Positions 35,495 to 43,867 of a stretch of 64,000 nt of DNA are shown in pieces. The notes under the pieces were generated by a model. It had not been told where the DNA came from and did no database searches. It saw only the letters and a program-made list of their open reading frames with translations. The position numbers and the translations under genes are program-made. The first letter of the stretch is position 1. Every line of letters starts with the position of its first letter. Source of the DNA: a virus; IMG/VR virus record IMGVR_UViG_3300005393_000370. One strand, 5' to 3'.

Positions 35495-37523
35495 GACGGT
35501 CAAGATGCAATACCACACGTCCAAAGGGACGCCTGTTCGCATAACCGTTGTGTTGGAGAAGCGCGACGGTCGCATCTACTTCTGGGAAGGCCGTCCCGGC
35601 ACGAAGACGAAGTATGAGTTGTCGCATGAAATCAAGGCGATGTACGGGGCGCACTTCCACGGCTACGACGACGAAGGCCCCTACGCCAAGAAAAAAGTCT
35701 GGTCGGTGGATGACTGTCAGCGCAACCGTATGCAGATCGGCTACCTGGCCGGCGAAGACGTGTATGCCTGGTTCGATCGGCCGTGCCAGCACTTCGGCTA
35801 TCGGCCGCTGGCCCGCGGCGGCGTCCCGCAGGTTCTCATGCCGCATCAGGCAGATATGTCGGACGCCGGCCTGACGTATCACTACCAGATATTCGGCGCG
35901 GAAATGGGCACGGGCAAGACCCTGGCTGCCCAGATGGTGATTGAGAAGTCCAGCGTCAACCTCGTGTGGTGGGTTGGTCCGAAGACCAGCATTCCGAACA
36001 TCAAGCGTGAGTTCAAGCTGTGGGGCTTCCCCTTCGACCGCATCCAGATCGAATTCTTCACCTACGAAGGGCTGGTCCGGGTCATGGACGAGTGGGACGG
36101 CTCGCAACCGCTTCCGCAATTCCTCGTGGCGGACGAGTCCAGCCGTTGTAAGAACGACACCTCGCAACGGTCAAAAGCCTGCCAGAAACTTGCCGACCTG
36201 ATCCGCGCCGAGTACGGCTACGACGGCTACGTGATTCTCATGTCGGGTACGCCGTCGCCGAAAACGCCGTGCGATTGGTGGAGTCAGTGTGAGATCGCTT
36301 GGCCGGGTTTCCTCAGAGAGGGGAGCCGCCGGGCGATGGAAGAACGGTTGGCTTTCATGGTCACGGCCGAATACGACGCCGGCAAGTTCAAGAAGCGGAT
36401 CGGCTGGAAAGACAACGAGGACAAGTGCGCCCAGTGCGGAGCCACGCGCGAGGAAGGCCCGCACGAATTGGACGGCGTGACGGACCCCGAAGAGTACCAT
36501 CCGTTCGAGGCCAGCAGAAACGAAGTGGCCTACCTCTACGAACGGCTCAAGGGCCTGGTGGTCGTCAAGCACAAGAAGGACTGCTTGCACCTGCCCGAAA
36601 AACGATACCGCAGGATCATCTGCAAGCCTACAGCGAGCGTGCTGCGTGTGGCGCAATCCATCGCCACGAACCCAGCCTACAACGCCGTGACCGGCATGAC
36701 CTTGCTGCGGGAACTGAGCGATGGATTCCAGTACCGCGAAGTGCAGGACGGCACGACGAAATGCACGCATTGCGTGGATGGCACGGTCGCCGAGTGGACG
36801 GACCCGGAAGACCGCGAGGCCCGTTACCAGGCGATTGACCTGCTGGACCCGGCCCTACAGGCCCGTCTCGTGAAAGAGACGGTCCCTTGCCCACTGTGCA
36901 ATGGAAAGCGGGAAGTCCCCAAGATGGTGCGCGTCACTCGGGAAGTGCCCTGCCCGAAGGAAGCCGCGCTCAAGATGCTGCTGGACGAGAACGAGGAAGT
37001 CGGGCGGCTGGTGGTTTTCGCCGGCTTCACCGGCTCTGTGGATCGCATCGTCAAGCTGTGTCTCAAGGAAAAGTGGGACGTGGTGCGCTGCGATCAGGGC
37101 AACTTCCAAGTGCTTGCAGCCAAGAGCGACAGCCCGGAGGGCGTCGTTGTGACCAGCGAGGAGCCGCTGGACTACTGGGCCAATCTGGAAGGGCACAACA
37201 AGGTCGTCTTCGTTGCCAACCCCGAGTCGGGCGGCATGAGCCTGACATTGGTGGAAGCCCGCATGGCGGTGTACTGGTCCAACAGTTGGAAGCCGGAATA
37301 CCGCGTGCAAAGCGAAGATCGCATCCACCGCAAGGGCATGGACGAGAACCTGGGCTGCACGATTGTCGATCTGGTCCATCTGCCCAGCGACGACCGCGTG
37401 CTGAGCGTCATTCGCGCCAACCGGAAGCTGGAGCTAATGACGATGGGCGAACTCCTCCAAGGCGTCGATTGGAAGGATGCCGGCGAAGAAGGCGAGATGC
37501 TTGTGGAGGAGATCGCAGCGTGA
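35484..37523 (+). CDS. SNF2-family SF2 helicase with zinc-finger insertions
   Basis: AEMGTGKT, LVADES, SGTP, SGGMSLTL and QSEDRIHRKG; CAQC, CTHC and CPLC inserts. Confidence 0.9.
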   Translation: MSVETVKMQYHTSKGTPVRITVVLEKRDGRIYFWEGRPGTKTKYELSHEIKAMYGAHFHGYDDEGPYAKKKVWSVDDCQRNRMQIGYLAGEDVYAWFDRPCQHFGYRPLARGGVPQVLMPHQADMSDAGLTYHYQIFGAEMGTGKTLAAQMVIEKSSVNLVWWVGPKTSIPNIKREFKLWGFPFDRIQIEFFTYEGLVRVMDEWDGSQPLPQFLVADESSRCKNDTSQRSKACQKLADLIRAEYGYDGYVILMSGTPSPKTPCDWWSQCEIAWPGFLREGSRRAMEERLAFMVTAEYDAGKFKKRIGWKDNEDKCAQCGATREEGPHELDGVTDPEEYHPFEASRNEVAYLYERLKGLVVVKHKKDCLHLPEKRYRRIICKPTASVLRVAQSIATNPAYNAVTGMTLLRELSDGFQYREVQDGTTKCTHCVDGTVAEWTDPEDREARYQAIDLLDPALQARLVKETVPCPLCNGKREVPKMVRVTREVPCPKEAALKMLLDENEEVGRLVVFAGFTGSVDRIVKLCLKEKWDVVRCDQGNFQVLAAKSDSPEGVVVTSEEPLDYWANLEGHNKVVFVANPESGGMSLTLVEARMAVYWSNSWKPEYRVQSEDRIHRKGMDENLGCTIVDLVHLPSDDRVLSVIRANRKLELMTMGELLQGVDWKDAGEEGEMLVEEIAA

Positions 37524-37894
37524 GCGAGGTCCGATGTCGCATCGTGATTGCCAAGGGCCGCTACGAGGGTCATGCCCCTACGGAAGCCAGTGTCAACGGC
37601 GTCCTGGAGTGGGTCTTCTCCGACTCGCTGAACGAGTTGGAGTTCACGGACCCGGACGACGACGTTGCGTTGGAGGCTGAGGTCGTAGTGCTCTTGAAGT
37701 CACGCTACCGACGTTGGGGCCACGACGAGGCGATTCGTGACCGGATCGTCACGGCCCTCGTGGATCGGTTGAAGCCGGAGTACGAGAGCCAAGTGGAAGT
37801 GGAGATCGTCGAAGGGCCGGACGGATCGGACGATTCGTTTGACAACGAGGATGGCCCAGAACCGCCACACCGGATTGTCCGTGTCTGGCGATGA
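37520..37894 (+). CDS. acidic hypothetical protein
   Basis: GTG start overlapping the helicase stop; 124 aa. Confidence 0.55.
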   Translation: MSEVRCRIVIAKGRYEGHAPTEASVNGVLEWVFSDSLNELEFTDPDDDVALEAEVVVLLKSRYRRWGHDEAIRDRIVTALVDRLKPEYESQVEVEIVEGPDGSDDSFDNEDGPEPPHRIVRVWR

Positions 37895-37932
37895 CCGTGA
37901 AACCTTCTCTGTACACCTTGGAGATTGCAGCG

Positions 37933-38892
37933 ATGAAATACGTGCTGTTGGTTCTGACCCTGCTCGCCGTGGCCGTCGGCCCGGCAGTCGCCAGTGTCCC
38001 TGATGAATTGCAGAATGTGAGCGTCACCATTAAGGCGGGCCGCGCCCAAGGCTCCGGCACCCTCGTCACTCGACAGGTGGGCGACGAGACCGTGAGTTTC
38101 ATCTGGACGGCCGCGCACGTCGTCGATGGCCTGCGTACCACGCGCACGGTCGTCACGCCGCAGGGCGCTCCCCGCATCAAGGTCGAGTACAAAGACCCCG
38201 AAATCGTCCAAGAGCGCCAACAAAACGGCCGCCGCGTGGGCGAAGTCAAGTACGACTGCAAGGTCATTAAGGTCAGCGATGCCGATTATGGCGAAGACCT
38301 GGCGGTGCTCATGGTCCGCTGCAAAGGGGCCTATCCGCTCAGCGCCACGGCCAAGTTCCACAAAGACCCGAACTACATCCCACCCATCGGCATTGACTTG
38401 AGCCATTGCGGCAGCCTCCTCGGGCAGTTCGGGGCGAATAGCTACACGACCGGCGTGCTCTCTCAGGTCGGGCGCACCCTGCCGATGAAAGGCGCGAACG
38501 TCAAAGTCTTCGATCAGGTAACGACTGTTTCGTTCCCCGGTTCGTCGGGCGGCGGCATGTACCTGAAGGACAGCGGCATCTACATCGGCATGTTGACCCA
38601 GGGAGTGATGCAGTTGCAGGGCTTCAATTTCATCGTCCCCGTGCGGCGCATCCATGCCTGGGCCAAGGAAGCGAACATCGAGTGGGCCATCGACACGTCT
38701 GTCCCGATGCCCAGCCTGAAAGAAATCGAAGCGATCCCGGTGGAAGACGAAGGCCAGTCGCCTGGTGGCTATCCGCAGCGGAATCCGGCCGGCGGCCTGC
38801 CCGACGATGGTGCTGCCTTCAAGCCGCCGTTCGATTTCGATGGTGCGATCAACTGGGTGGAAAAGTTCTTCGGCCGCGCTCGCCGGCCCTGA
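37933..38892 (+). CDS. exported trypsin-like serine protease
   Basis: signal peptide MKYVLLVLTLLAVAVGPAVA; GSGTLV, WTAAH (His), DLAVL (Asp), FPGSSGGG (Ser). Confidence 0.88.
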   Translation: MKYVLLVLTLLAVAVGPAVASVPDELQNVSVTIKAGRAQGSGTLVTRQVGDETVSFIWTAAHVVDGLRTTRTVVTPQGAPRIKVEYKDPEIVQERQQNGRRVGEVKYDCKVIKVSDADYGEDLAVLMVRCKGAYPLSATAKFHKDPNYIPPIGIDLSHCGSLLGQFGANSYTTGVLSQVGRTLPMKGANVKVFDQVTTVSFPGSSGGGMYLKDSGIYIGMLTQGVMQLQGFNFIVPVRRIHAWAKEANIEWAIDTSVPMPSLKEIEAIPVEDEGQSPGGYPQRNPAGGLPDDGAAFKPPFDFDGAINWVEKFFGRARRP

Positions 38893-38994
38893 GTCGGTTC
38901 TCTTCCCTGTGACCGACAGCACTTGAGCCGGGCGGCGACAGCGCCGCTCGGCCTCTCTTACACCACTAACCGGCGAGGGCGACACGGAGAGATC

Positions 38995-40311
38995 ATGCGA
39001 TTGACAAAGAAGAAGGTCGAGAAGATCAAGCAAGCCATCACGGATGGCGCAACGCAGCCGGATATTGCCAAGCGGTTCAAGGTAAGCCGAAGCACCGTGT
39101 CCGACATCGCCACCGGCCGGGTCCACAAAGACGTGGAATGGCCCAGTGGCGAGCCACCCACGCCGAAGCGGGCCGGCGGCCAACATAAGGCCGTTCCGAC
39201 TTATGACCCTACCGACAAGCGCATCCTCGAATTGGAAGCGGAGATTGTCCACCTGACGGACGAACGGAACCGTGAGCGGCAGAAGGTCAAGGCCAGCGCT
39301 AAGATCGCGGGCTTGTTCAAGGCGGTCGTGGCGGAAATGGACCAGCGCATCAAGCCGTTCGCCGCGCTGCCGTCGCAACTTGAATACCGCCGCAAGGCGC
39401 AGATCGTCGAGCACTGCGTCATGCACCTTTCGGACGGCCATCACGATCAGGTAGTGCGGCCGGAGGAAGTTGGTGGTTTGGAGGAATACAGCTTCCCGAT
39501 CAGTTGTGCCCGTGCGGAGCGCTACGTCAACACGGTCGTCGAATGGACCCAGGACACTTTGGCACCGAAGTTCTACTTCCCCGCGCTGTGGGTGCTGGCC
39601 TACGGCGACTATACCAGCGGCGAAATCCATAAGGCGTGCGAGCGGTCCTACTACCGCAACCAGTTTAAGAACTGCCTGGCTATCGGCCAGTTGCACGCCC
39701 TGATGTACCGCGACCTAGCCGCCCATTTCGAGGAAGTCCACGTCCTGTACCTGGCCGGCAATCACGGCCGGCGGACGCCGAAGAAGGATTACCTCGGCGC
39801 GCACGACAACTGGGATTACCTCTGTGGCGAGACCGCCCGGCTGCATTGCCGTGACCTGGGGAACGTCCATTTCACGATCCCCGATGCGTGGAGCGCCAAC
39901 GTCAACATAAACGGCGTGGGCTTCAACGTCTCCCACGGCGACGACGTGCGATCCAACCTGGGCATCCCGTGGTATGGGATGGTCCGCCGACAGAAGGGCT
40001 TGATCGCGCTGGGCGCGGCGGCCGGTGCCCAACGGTGCCGGTACTTCTGTGTCGGGCACCACCATGCCGCCAGCGTCCTGTCGGACGTGGACGGCGAACT
40101 ACTGGTCAATGGCTCGTGGGTAGGCACCGACGCCTTCGCCTACAACTCGTTGTCCGGCTACCGCGAACCGTCGCAATGGCTCCACGGCGTCAACCCCAAG
40201 CATGGCATCACCTGGCGGATGAACTGCAAGCTGCGCCATGAGAACGAGAAGTCCGGTCCCAAGCGCTACCTGATCGACGGTGGCCGCGATGTGGGACCGT
40301 TGAAGTCCTAA
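38995..40311 (+). CDS. HTH-fused calcineurin-like metallophosphoesterase
   Basis: N-terminal HTH (TQPDIAKRFKVSRSTVSDI), coiled coil, then LSDGH, GD, GNHG, SHGD and GHHH. Confidence 0.85.
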   Translation: MRLTKKKVEKIKQAITDGATQPDIAKRFKVSRSTVSDIATGRVHKDVEWPSGEPPTPKRAGGQHKAVPTYDPTDKRILELEAEIVHLTDERNRERQKVKASAKIAGLFKAVVAEMDQRIKPFAALPSQLEYRRKAQIVEHCVMHLSDGHHDQVVRPEEVGGLEEYSFPISCARAERYVNTVVEWTQDTLAPKFYFPALWVLAYGDYTSGEIHKACERSYYRNQFKNCLAIGQLHALMYRDLAAHFEEVHVLYLAGNHGRRTPKKDYLGAHDNWDYLCGETARLHCRDLGNVHFTIPDAWSANVNINGVGFNVSHGDDVRSNLGIPWYGMVRRQKGLIALGAAAGAQRCRYFCVGHHHAASVLSDVDGELLVNGSWVGTDAFAYNSLSGYREPSQWLHGVNPKHGITWRMNCKLRHENEKSGPKRYLIDGGRDVGPLKS

Positions 40312-40323
40312 GCGGAGAGAACC

Positions 40324-40497
40324 ATGCCGATTCATCGAACCACGAAGAACGGTAAGCCGGCGTTGCAGTACGGCACCCACGGTGCCAAGTACACCTACAC
40401 GCCCGGCAACATACGTAGCCGCGAGGCCGCCAAGAAGAAGTGCATCAAGCAGGCTCTCGCCATTCAACGGCGAAGCGGCGTGCCGGCCGACCTGTAA
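40324..40497 (+). CDS. small basic hypothetical protein
   Basis: 57 aa translated by hand (MPIHRTTKNGKP...); GGAGA RBS. Confidence 0.6.
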   Translation: MPIHRTTKNGKPALQYGTHGAKYTYTPGNIRSREAAKKKCIKQALAIQRRSGVPADL

Positions 40498-40507
40498 GGA
40501 GAGTCCT

Positions 40508-40696
40508 GTGGCAAAGAAGAGAACAACCAGAAAGCCATCTGCGCCGCCAACGATGCCCCTGATCGAGCGGATGCAGAACAGCGGGATGATGAAGCTGGGC
40601 GACATGATGCAGTACCCGCCTGTCACCATCAAATCCATGATGCAAAAGCCGACCGCACCAAGGAAAGCGGGAGGTAGGAAGGGTCGCGGCAAGTAG
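40508..40696 (+). CDS. small basic hypothetical protein
   Basis: GTG start after AGGAG; Lys/Arg/Met-rich. Confidence 0.5.
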   Translation: MAKKRTTRKPSAPPTMPLIERMQNSGMMKLGDMMQYPPVTIKSMMQKPTAPRKAGGRKGRGK

Positions 40697-40728
40697 CGCG
40701 GGCGCGCCTAACGCGAAGGAGGCTTTCC

Positions 40729-40938
40729 ATGCCTAAGCGAGTTGGCCGCCGGACGATCGAACATTGGCGCGACGGTGAGTGCATCGCCCGGATCAATGTT
40801 ACCGACGACATGATCCGGCGCAACGGCGATGGTACGGCGCGCGTCGTGTTCCCGCCGGGGAACATCACACTGGCGACGGGAGACGAGTTGCATTTCGACG
40901 TGGACAGCCTGGTCGAGTGCTTGCAGGAAGGCAAGTAA
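40729..40938 (+). CDS. hypothetical protein
   Basis: 69 aa; GGAGG RBS. Confidence 0.65.
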   Translation: MPKRVGRRTIEHWRDGECIARINVTDDMIRRNGDGTARVVFPPGNITLATGDELHFDVDSLVECLQEGK

Positions 40939-41129
40939 TGTCCGAGACGAAACTGCGACTCAACCTCGCCCGCTTGCGGAAGGGCGAGCAACCCGAGGCG
41001 GTCGAGACCTTCTACGTGCTCGGTCGCCGACCTGCTGGGGGCATGGTCGCCAGAGTCATTATCGAGGAAGACCTGGACCTGCGAAAGCACGACACCTTGA
41101 TCTTCGACTTCACCAACGAACGGGCATGA
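40938..41129 (+). CDS. hypothetical protein
   Basis: TAATG coupling; 63 aa. Confidence 0.55.
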   Translation: MSETKLRLNLARLRKGEQPEAVETFYVLGRRPAGGMVARVIIEEDLDLRKHDTLIFDFTNERA

Positions 41130-41329
41130 GATTTCGAGCACTCTTCATCGGCGGTCCCGTGGATGGGCAAGAGCGGGTCTTGGACGCCTGCCCGCCGACG
41201 ATCGACTGCACCACGGTTCGCTACTCCCGGCTGCACGTCTTGGGTGCCACGGTGATTTACTCGTTGCACAGTCTCGAAGAGACGTTGAATTGCGTTTGGA
41301 ACCGCTACGCCGGAGAGAACGATGCGTGA
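41126..41329 (+). CDS. hypothetical protein
   Basis: ATGA coupling; FIGGPVDG motif common in small phage proteins. Confidence 0.6.
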   Translation: MRFRALFIGGPVDGQERVLDACPPTIDCTTVRYSRLHVLGATVIYSLHSLEETLNCVWNRYAGENDA

Positions 41330-41666
41330 CCTAAGCGGCTACGACTGGTATCGGTTCATCCGTGCGATTGCGCACCGCGATCCTTGGAGCGAGAAGGTCG
41401 AGTTCCTGTTGTGCCATCACGAGACCGGCAAGCCTCGGGCCGTGGCGAAACCGCTGGAGTTCGAGGAAGTGCCGCAAGGCGCTCCGATCAATCCCACCTT
41501 CTCGCTGCATGGCGACGAGGCCCAAGAACTAATGGACATGCTCTGGAACTGCGGGCTGCGGCCGACGCAGAGCAAGAGCAGCGCGGGGCAACTGGATGCC
41601 GTGGAACGTCACCTGGCCGATATGCGGGCCATTGCCTTTAGCAAGCTGGAGATCAAGCCGTGTTGA
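41322..41666 (+). CDS. hypothetical protein
   Basis: 114 aa; GGAGA RBS; LMDMLWNCGLRP...HLADMRAIAF. Confidence 0.65.
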   Translation: MRDLSGYDWYRFIRAIAHRDPWSEKVEFLLCHHETGKPRAVAKPLEFEEVPQGAPINPTFSLHGDEAQELMDMLWNCGLRPTQSKSSAGQLDAVERHLADMRAIAFSKLEIKPC

Positions 41667-41739
41667 GACGCCTTTTCGCAAGGCTGGACCTCGACCGGTG
41701 GCCGCAGCGCTTGCATGTGACCGCAAGGAGAAAAATGTC

Positions 41740-42528
41740 GTGCCCACTTATTGCGTAAGCGACTTGCATCTGTGTGACCGTGGCCCGCGTGACAACTTCT
41801 CGGTTGGCGAGCGGGAGCAGCGGTTCCACCGCTTCTTGGACTTCGTGGAAAGCAACCGCGGCCGGCTGCTGATCCTCGGCGACCTGTTCGACTGGTGGCA
41901 GGTGCCCGTGGGCGCGGCAATTATGGCCTACCGGCCGTTGTTGGATCGCCTGGCCGACATGGCGGCGACTTGGGTCGTCGGCAATCACGACAACGCCCTG
42001 GCACCGCTGATCGGCACCGAGTTGATGCCCGACCATCGCTTGCTGAAGACGGCCCGCCATCCGTTCGAGGAAATCACTGGCGGCCGGAAGATTGCCTACC
42101 TTCACGGCCACGAGGCGGACCCGTACTGTTGCGACCTGAATCCCGGCACCGGCGAAATCACCGCGATCATCAGTGGGATGCTGGAAGACCGCAACAAGGG
42201 GCCGTTCCGCAATCAACATGCCGTGGAAGACGAGTTTGTCGGCACCTTGGAAGGGGCCTTGACCCTCTGGCGCAGGCTGACGTTCCAGCACGGCCGCCAG
42301 GAGGAAATGGTCGATGGCGTCGAGAAGTACCGCCAGAACCATGAAGCTGCCGTGGTGGTCTACGGCCACACCCACGCGCCTGGCTACATCGGCGACTACC
42401 ACTTCAACACCGGTTCCTGGGCGCGGGAACACAACACGTTCGTCTCCATCAGCGACGACGGCATGGTCTCCGTCTGGGAGTGGCTGCCGGACGATAAGGC
42501 GGTTCCGTTCGACGTAAAGCTGAAATGA
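41740..42528 (+). CDS. metallophosphoesterase, LpxH-like motif set
   Basis: SDLH, GDLFD, GNHD, HGH and GHTH; GTG start after AGGAG. Confidence 0.88.
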   Translation: MPTYCVSDLHLCDRGPRDNFSVGEREQRFHRFLDFVESNRGRLLILGDLFDWWQVPVGAAIMAYRPLLDRLADMAATWVVGNHDNALAPLIGTELMPDHRLLKTARHPFEEITGGRKIAYLHGHEADPYCCDLNPGTGEITAIISGMLEDRNKGPFRNQHAVEDEFVGTLEGALTLWRRLTFQHGRQEEMVDGVEKYRQNHEAAVVVYGHTHAPGYIGDYHFNTGSWAREHNTFVSISDDGMVSVWEWLPDDKAVPFDVKLK

Positions 42529-43391
42529 ATCTGCCGGAATTGGAGCAGTACAAGGCGTACTCGATTCCGGTCACGGCGGTCTTTTACGATGCCGCCTTCA
42601 ACTGCCGGGGCGAGTTCACGCTGCAATCCGTCAAAGAGCTGGCGGACAGCATCGCTCAGGCGGGTCGCCTGATCTGTCCGGTGGCGGTGCAGCCGTGGGC
42701 CGCTGATGGGTTCGACTATCGGTTGATCGTCGGGCACCGCCGGTTCATGGCCATCACGACGTTCCTGAAATGGACGACGATACCGGCCTACATCTGCGAG
42801 GGCCTGACGGACCACGAAGCACGCATGTTGAACTTCGTGGAGAACTTGCAGCGGAAGAGCCTGAACATCCTGGAAGAAGCCAGAGGCATCCAAGCGATTT
42901 ACGCCGCCCGCATGAGCGTGCGGCAAGCCGCCCAAGAGTTGAAGCAGCCGACGAAGTGGGTACATATCCGCGTCCGGCTCTTGCGGATGCCGGAGGCAAT
43001 TCAACAAAAGGCCGCCGCCGGCCTGCTCTCCCAGGCCAACCTGGAAGAGCTGGCCGGGATGGAGTCGCCCGAAGAGCAGATTCGAGCAGCCGACCAGATC
43101 GTGACGGCGCGGCAGCGCGGCCGGGGAAAGTTCTTGCCCGGCTTGGACAAGACGTACAAACGCCGCCGAGGCGTCCGGCCGCGCGCGGAAGTCAACCGGA
43201 TGGTCGAGCGGATGCTGGCCGCCGGAATCACCGGCTTGCCGCCCCGTGTAGCTGCCTGGTGCGCGAATCAAATCTCCGACGAGGAACTGCTGCGGGAAAT
43301 CGAAGTGGCGACTCTCGAAACGGCCGGAAAGTGCAATCTCTCAAGGGAAAAGGACAACGATGGACACGCCGACGACGACAACACCGGTTGA
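42525..43391 (+). CDS. second ParB/Srx N-terminal domain protein
   Basis: ELADSIAQAG, LIVGHRRF, NFVENLQRKSL and HTH. Confidence 0.85.
   Translation: MNLPELEQYKAYSIPVTAVFYDAAFNCRGEFTLQSVKELADSIAQAGRLICPVAVQPWAADGFDYRLIVGHRRFMAITTFLKWTTIPAYICEGLTDHEARMLNFVENLQRKSLNILEEARGIQAIYAARMSVRQAAQELKQPTKWVHIRVRLLRMPEAIQQKAAAGLLSQANLEELAGMESPEEQIRAADQIVTARQRGRGKFLPGLDKTYKRRRGVRPRAEVNRMVERMLAAGITGLPPRVAAWCANQISDEELLREIEVATLETAGKCNLSREKDNDGHADDDNTG
43309..43348 (+). promoter_or_regulatory. bipartite 40-bp element, copy 2 (most divergent)
   Basis: CGACTCTCGAAACGGCCGGAAAGTGCAATCTCTCAAGGGA; both boxes and their spacing are conserved. Confidence 0.6.
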
Positions 43392-43746
43392 ACCGGGCAT
43401 CGACATTCGGAAGCTGAAACCGGAGACCGTGATCCTCTTGGAGGCGGAACCTTACCTCTACGAGATTCGCATCATGTATCCGGCGCACGGCATCGTGGAG
43501 ATTAGCTCCAACGACCCGCATTTGCGCGTTGCTACGGTGGGCCAGCTTCTCCAAAGCGTCCACTGGTCCAGTCCCGTCGCGCCGATTCCGTTCTGGATCG
43601 GCAAGGGCCTCGCTTTGGAAATCCGATTCCGCAACGGCGTCTACCGCACGCAACCCGTGGTGGCCGCCACTGTCAAAGGGAAGAGCGACGACGGTAGCCG
43701 CTGGTCCTACGACGTATTCGAGACTTGCGCCGCGTCTCAGTGCTGA
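43360..43746 (+). CDS. hypothetical protein
   Basis: 128 aa, beta-rich; AGGA RBS. Confidence 0.65.
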   Translation: MDTPTTTTPVEPGIDIRKLKPETVILLEAEPYLYEIRIMYPAHGIVEISSNDPHLRVATVGQLLQSVHWSSPVAPIPFWIGKGLALEIRFRNGVYRTQPVVAATVKGKSDDGSRWSYDVFETCAASQC

Positions 43747-43867
43747 ACTCATAACCGCACGGCTGGTGACTGGGATCGGCAAAGCCCGACCGGCAATGGC
43801 AGCCGCCGCCGGTGGCCGGCGGGGAGCCGTGCGAGAGCGGAAGTCTCCGCGAACCTGGAAACGCGAC

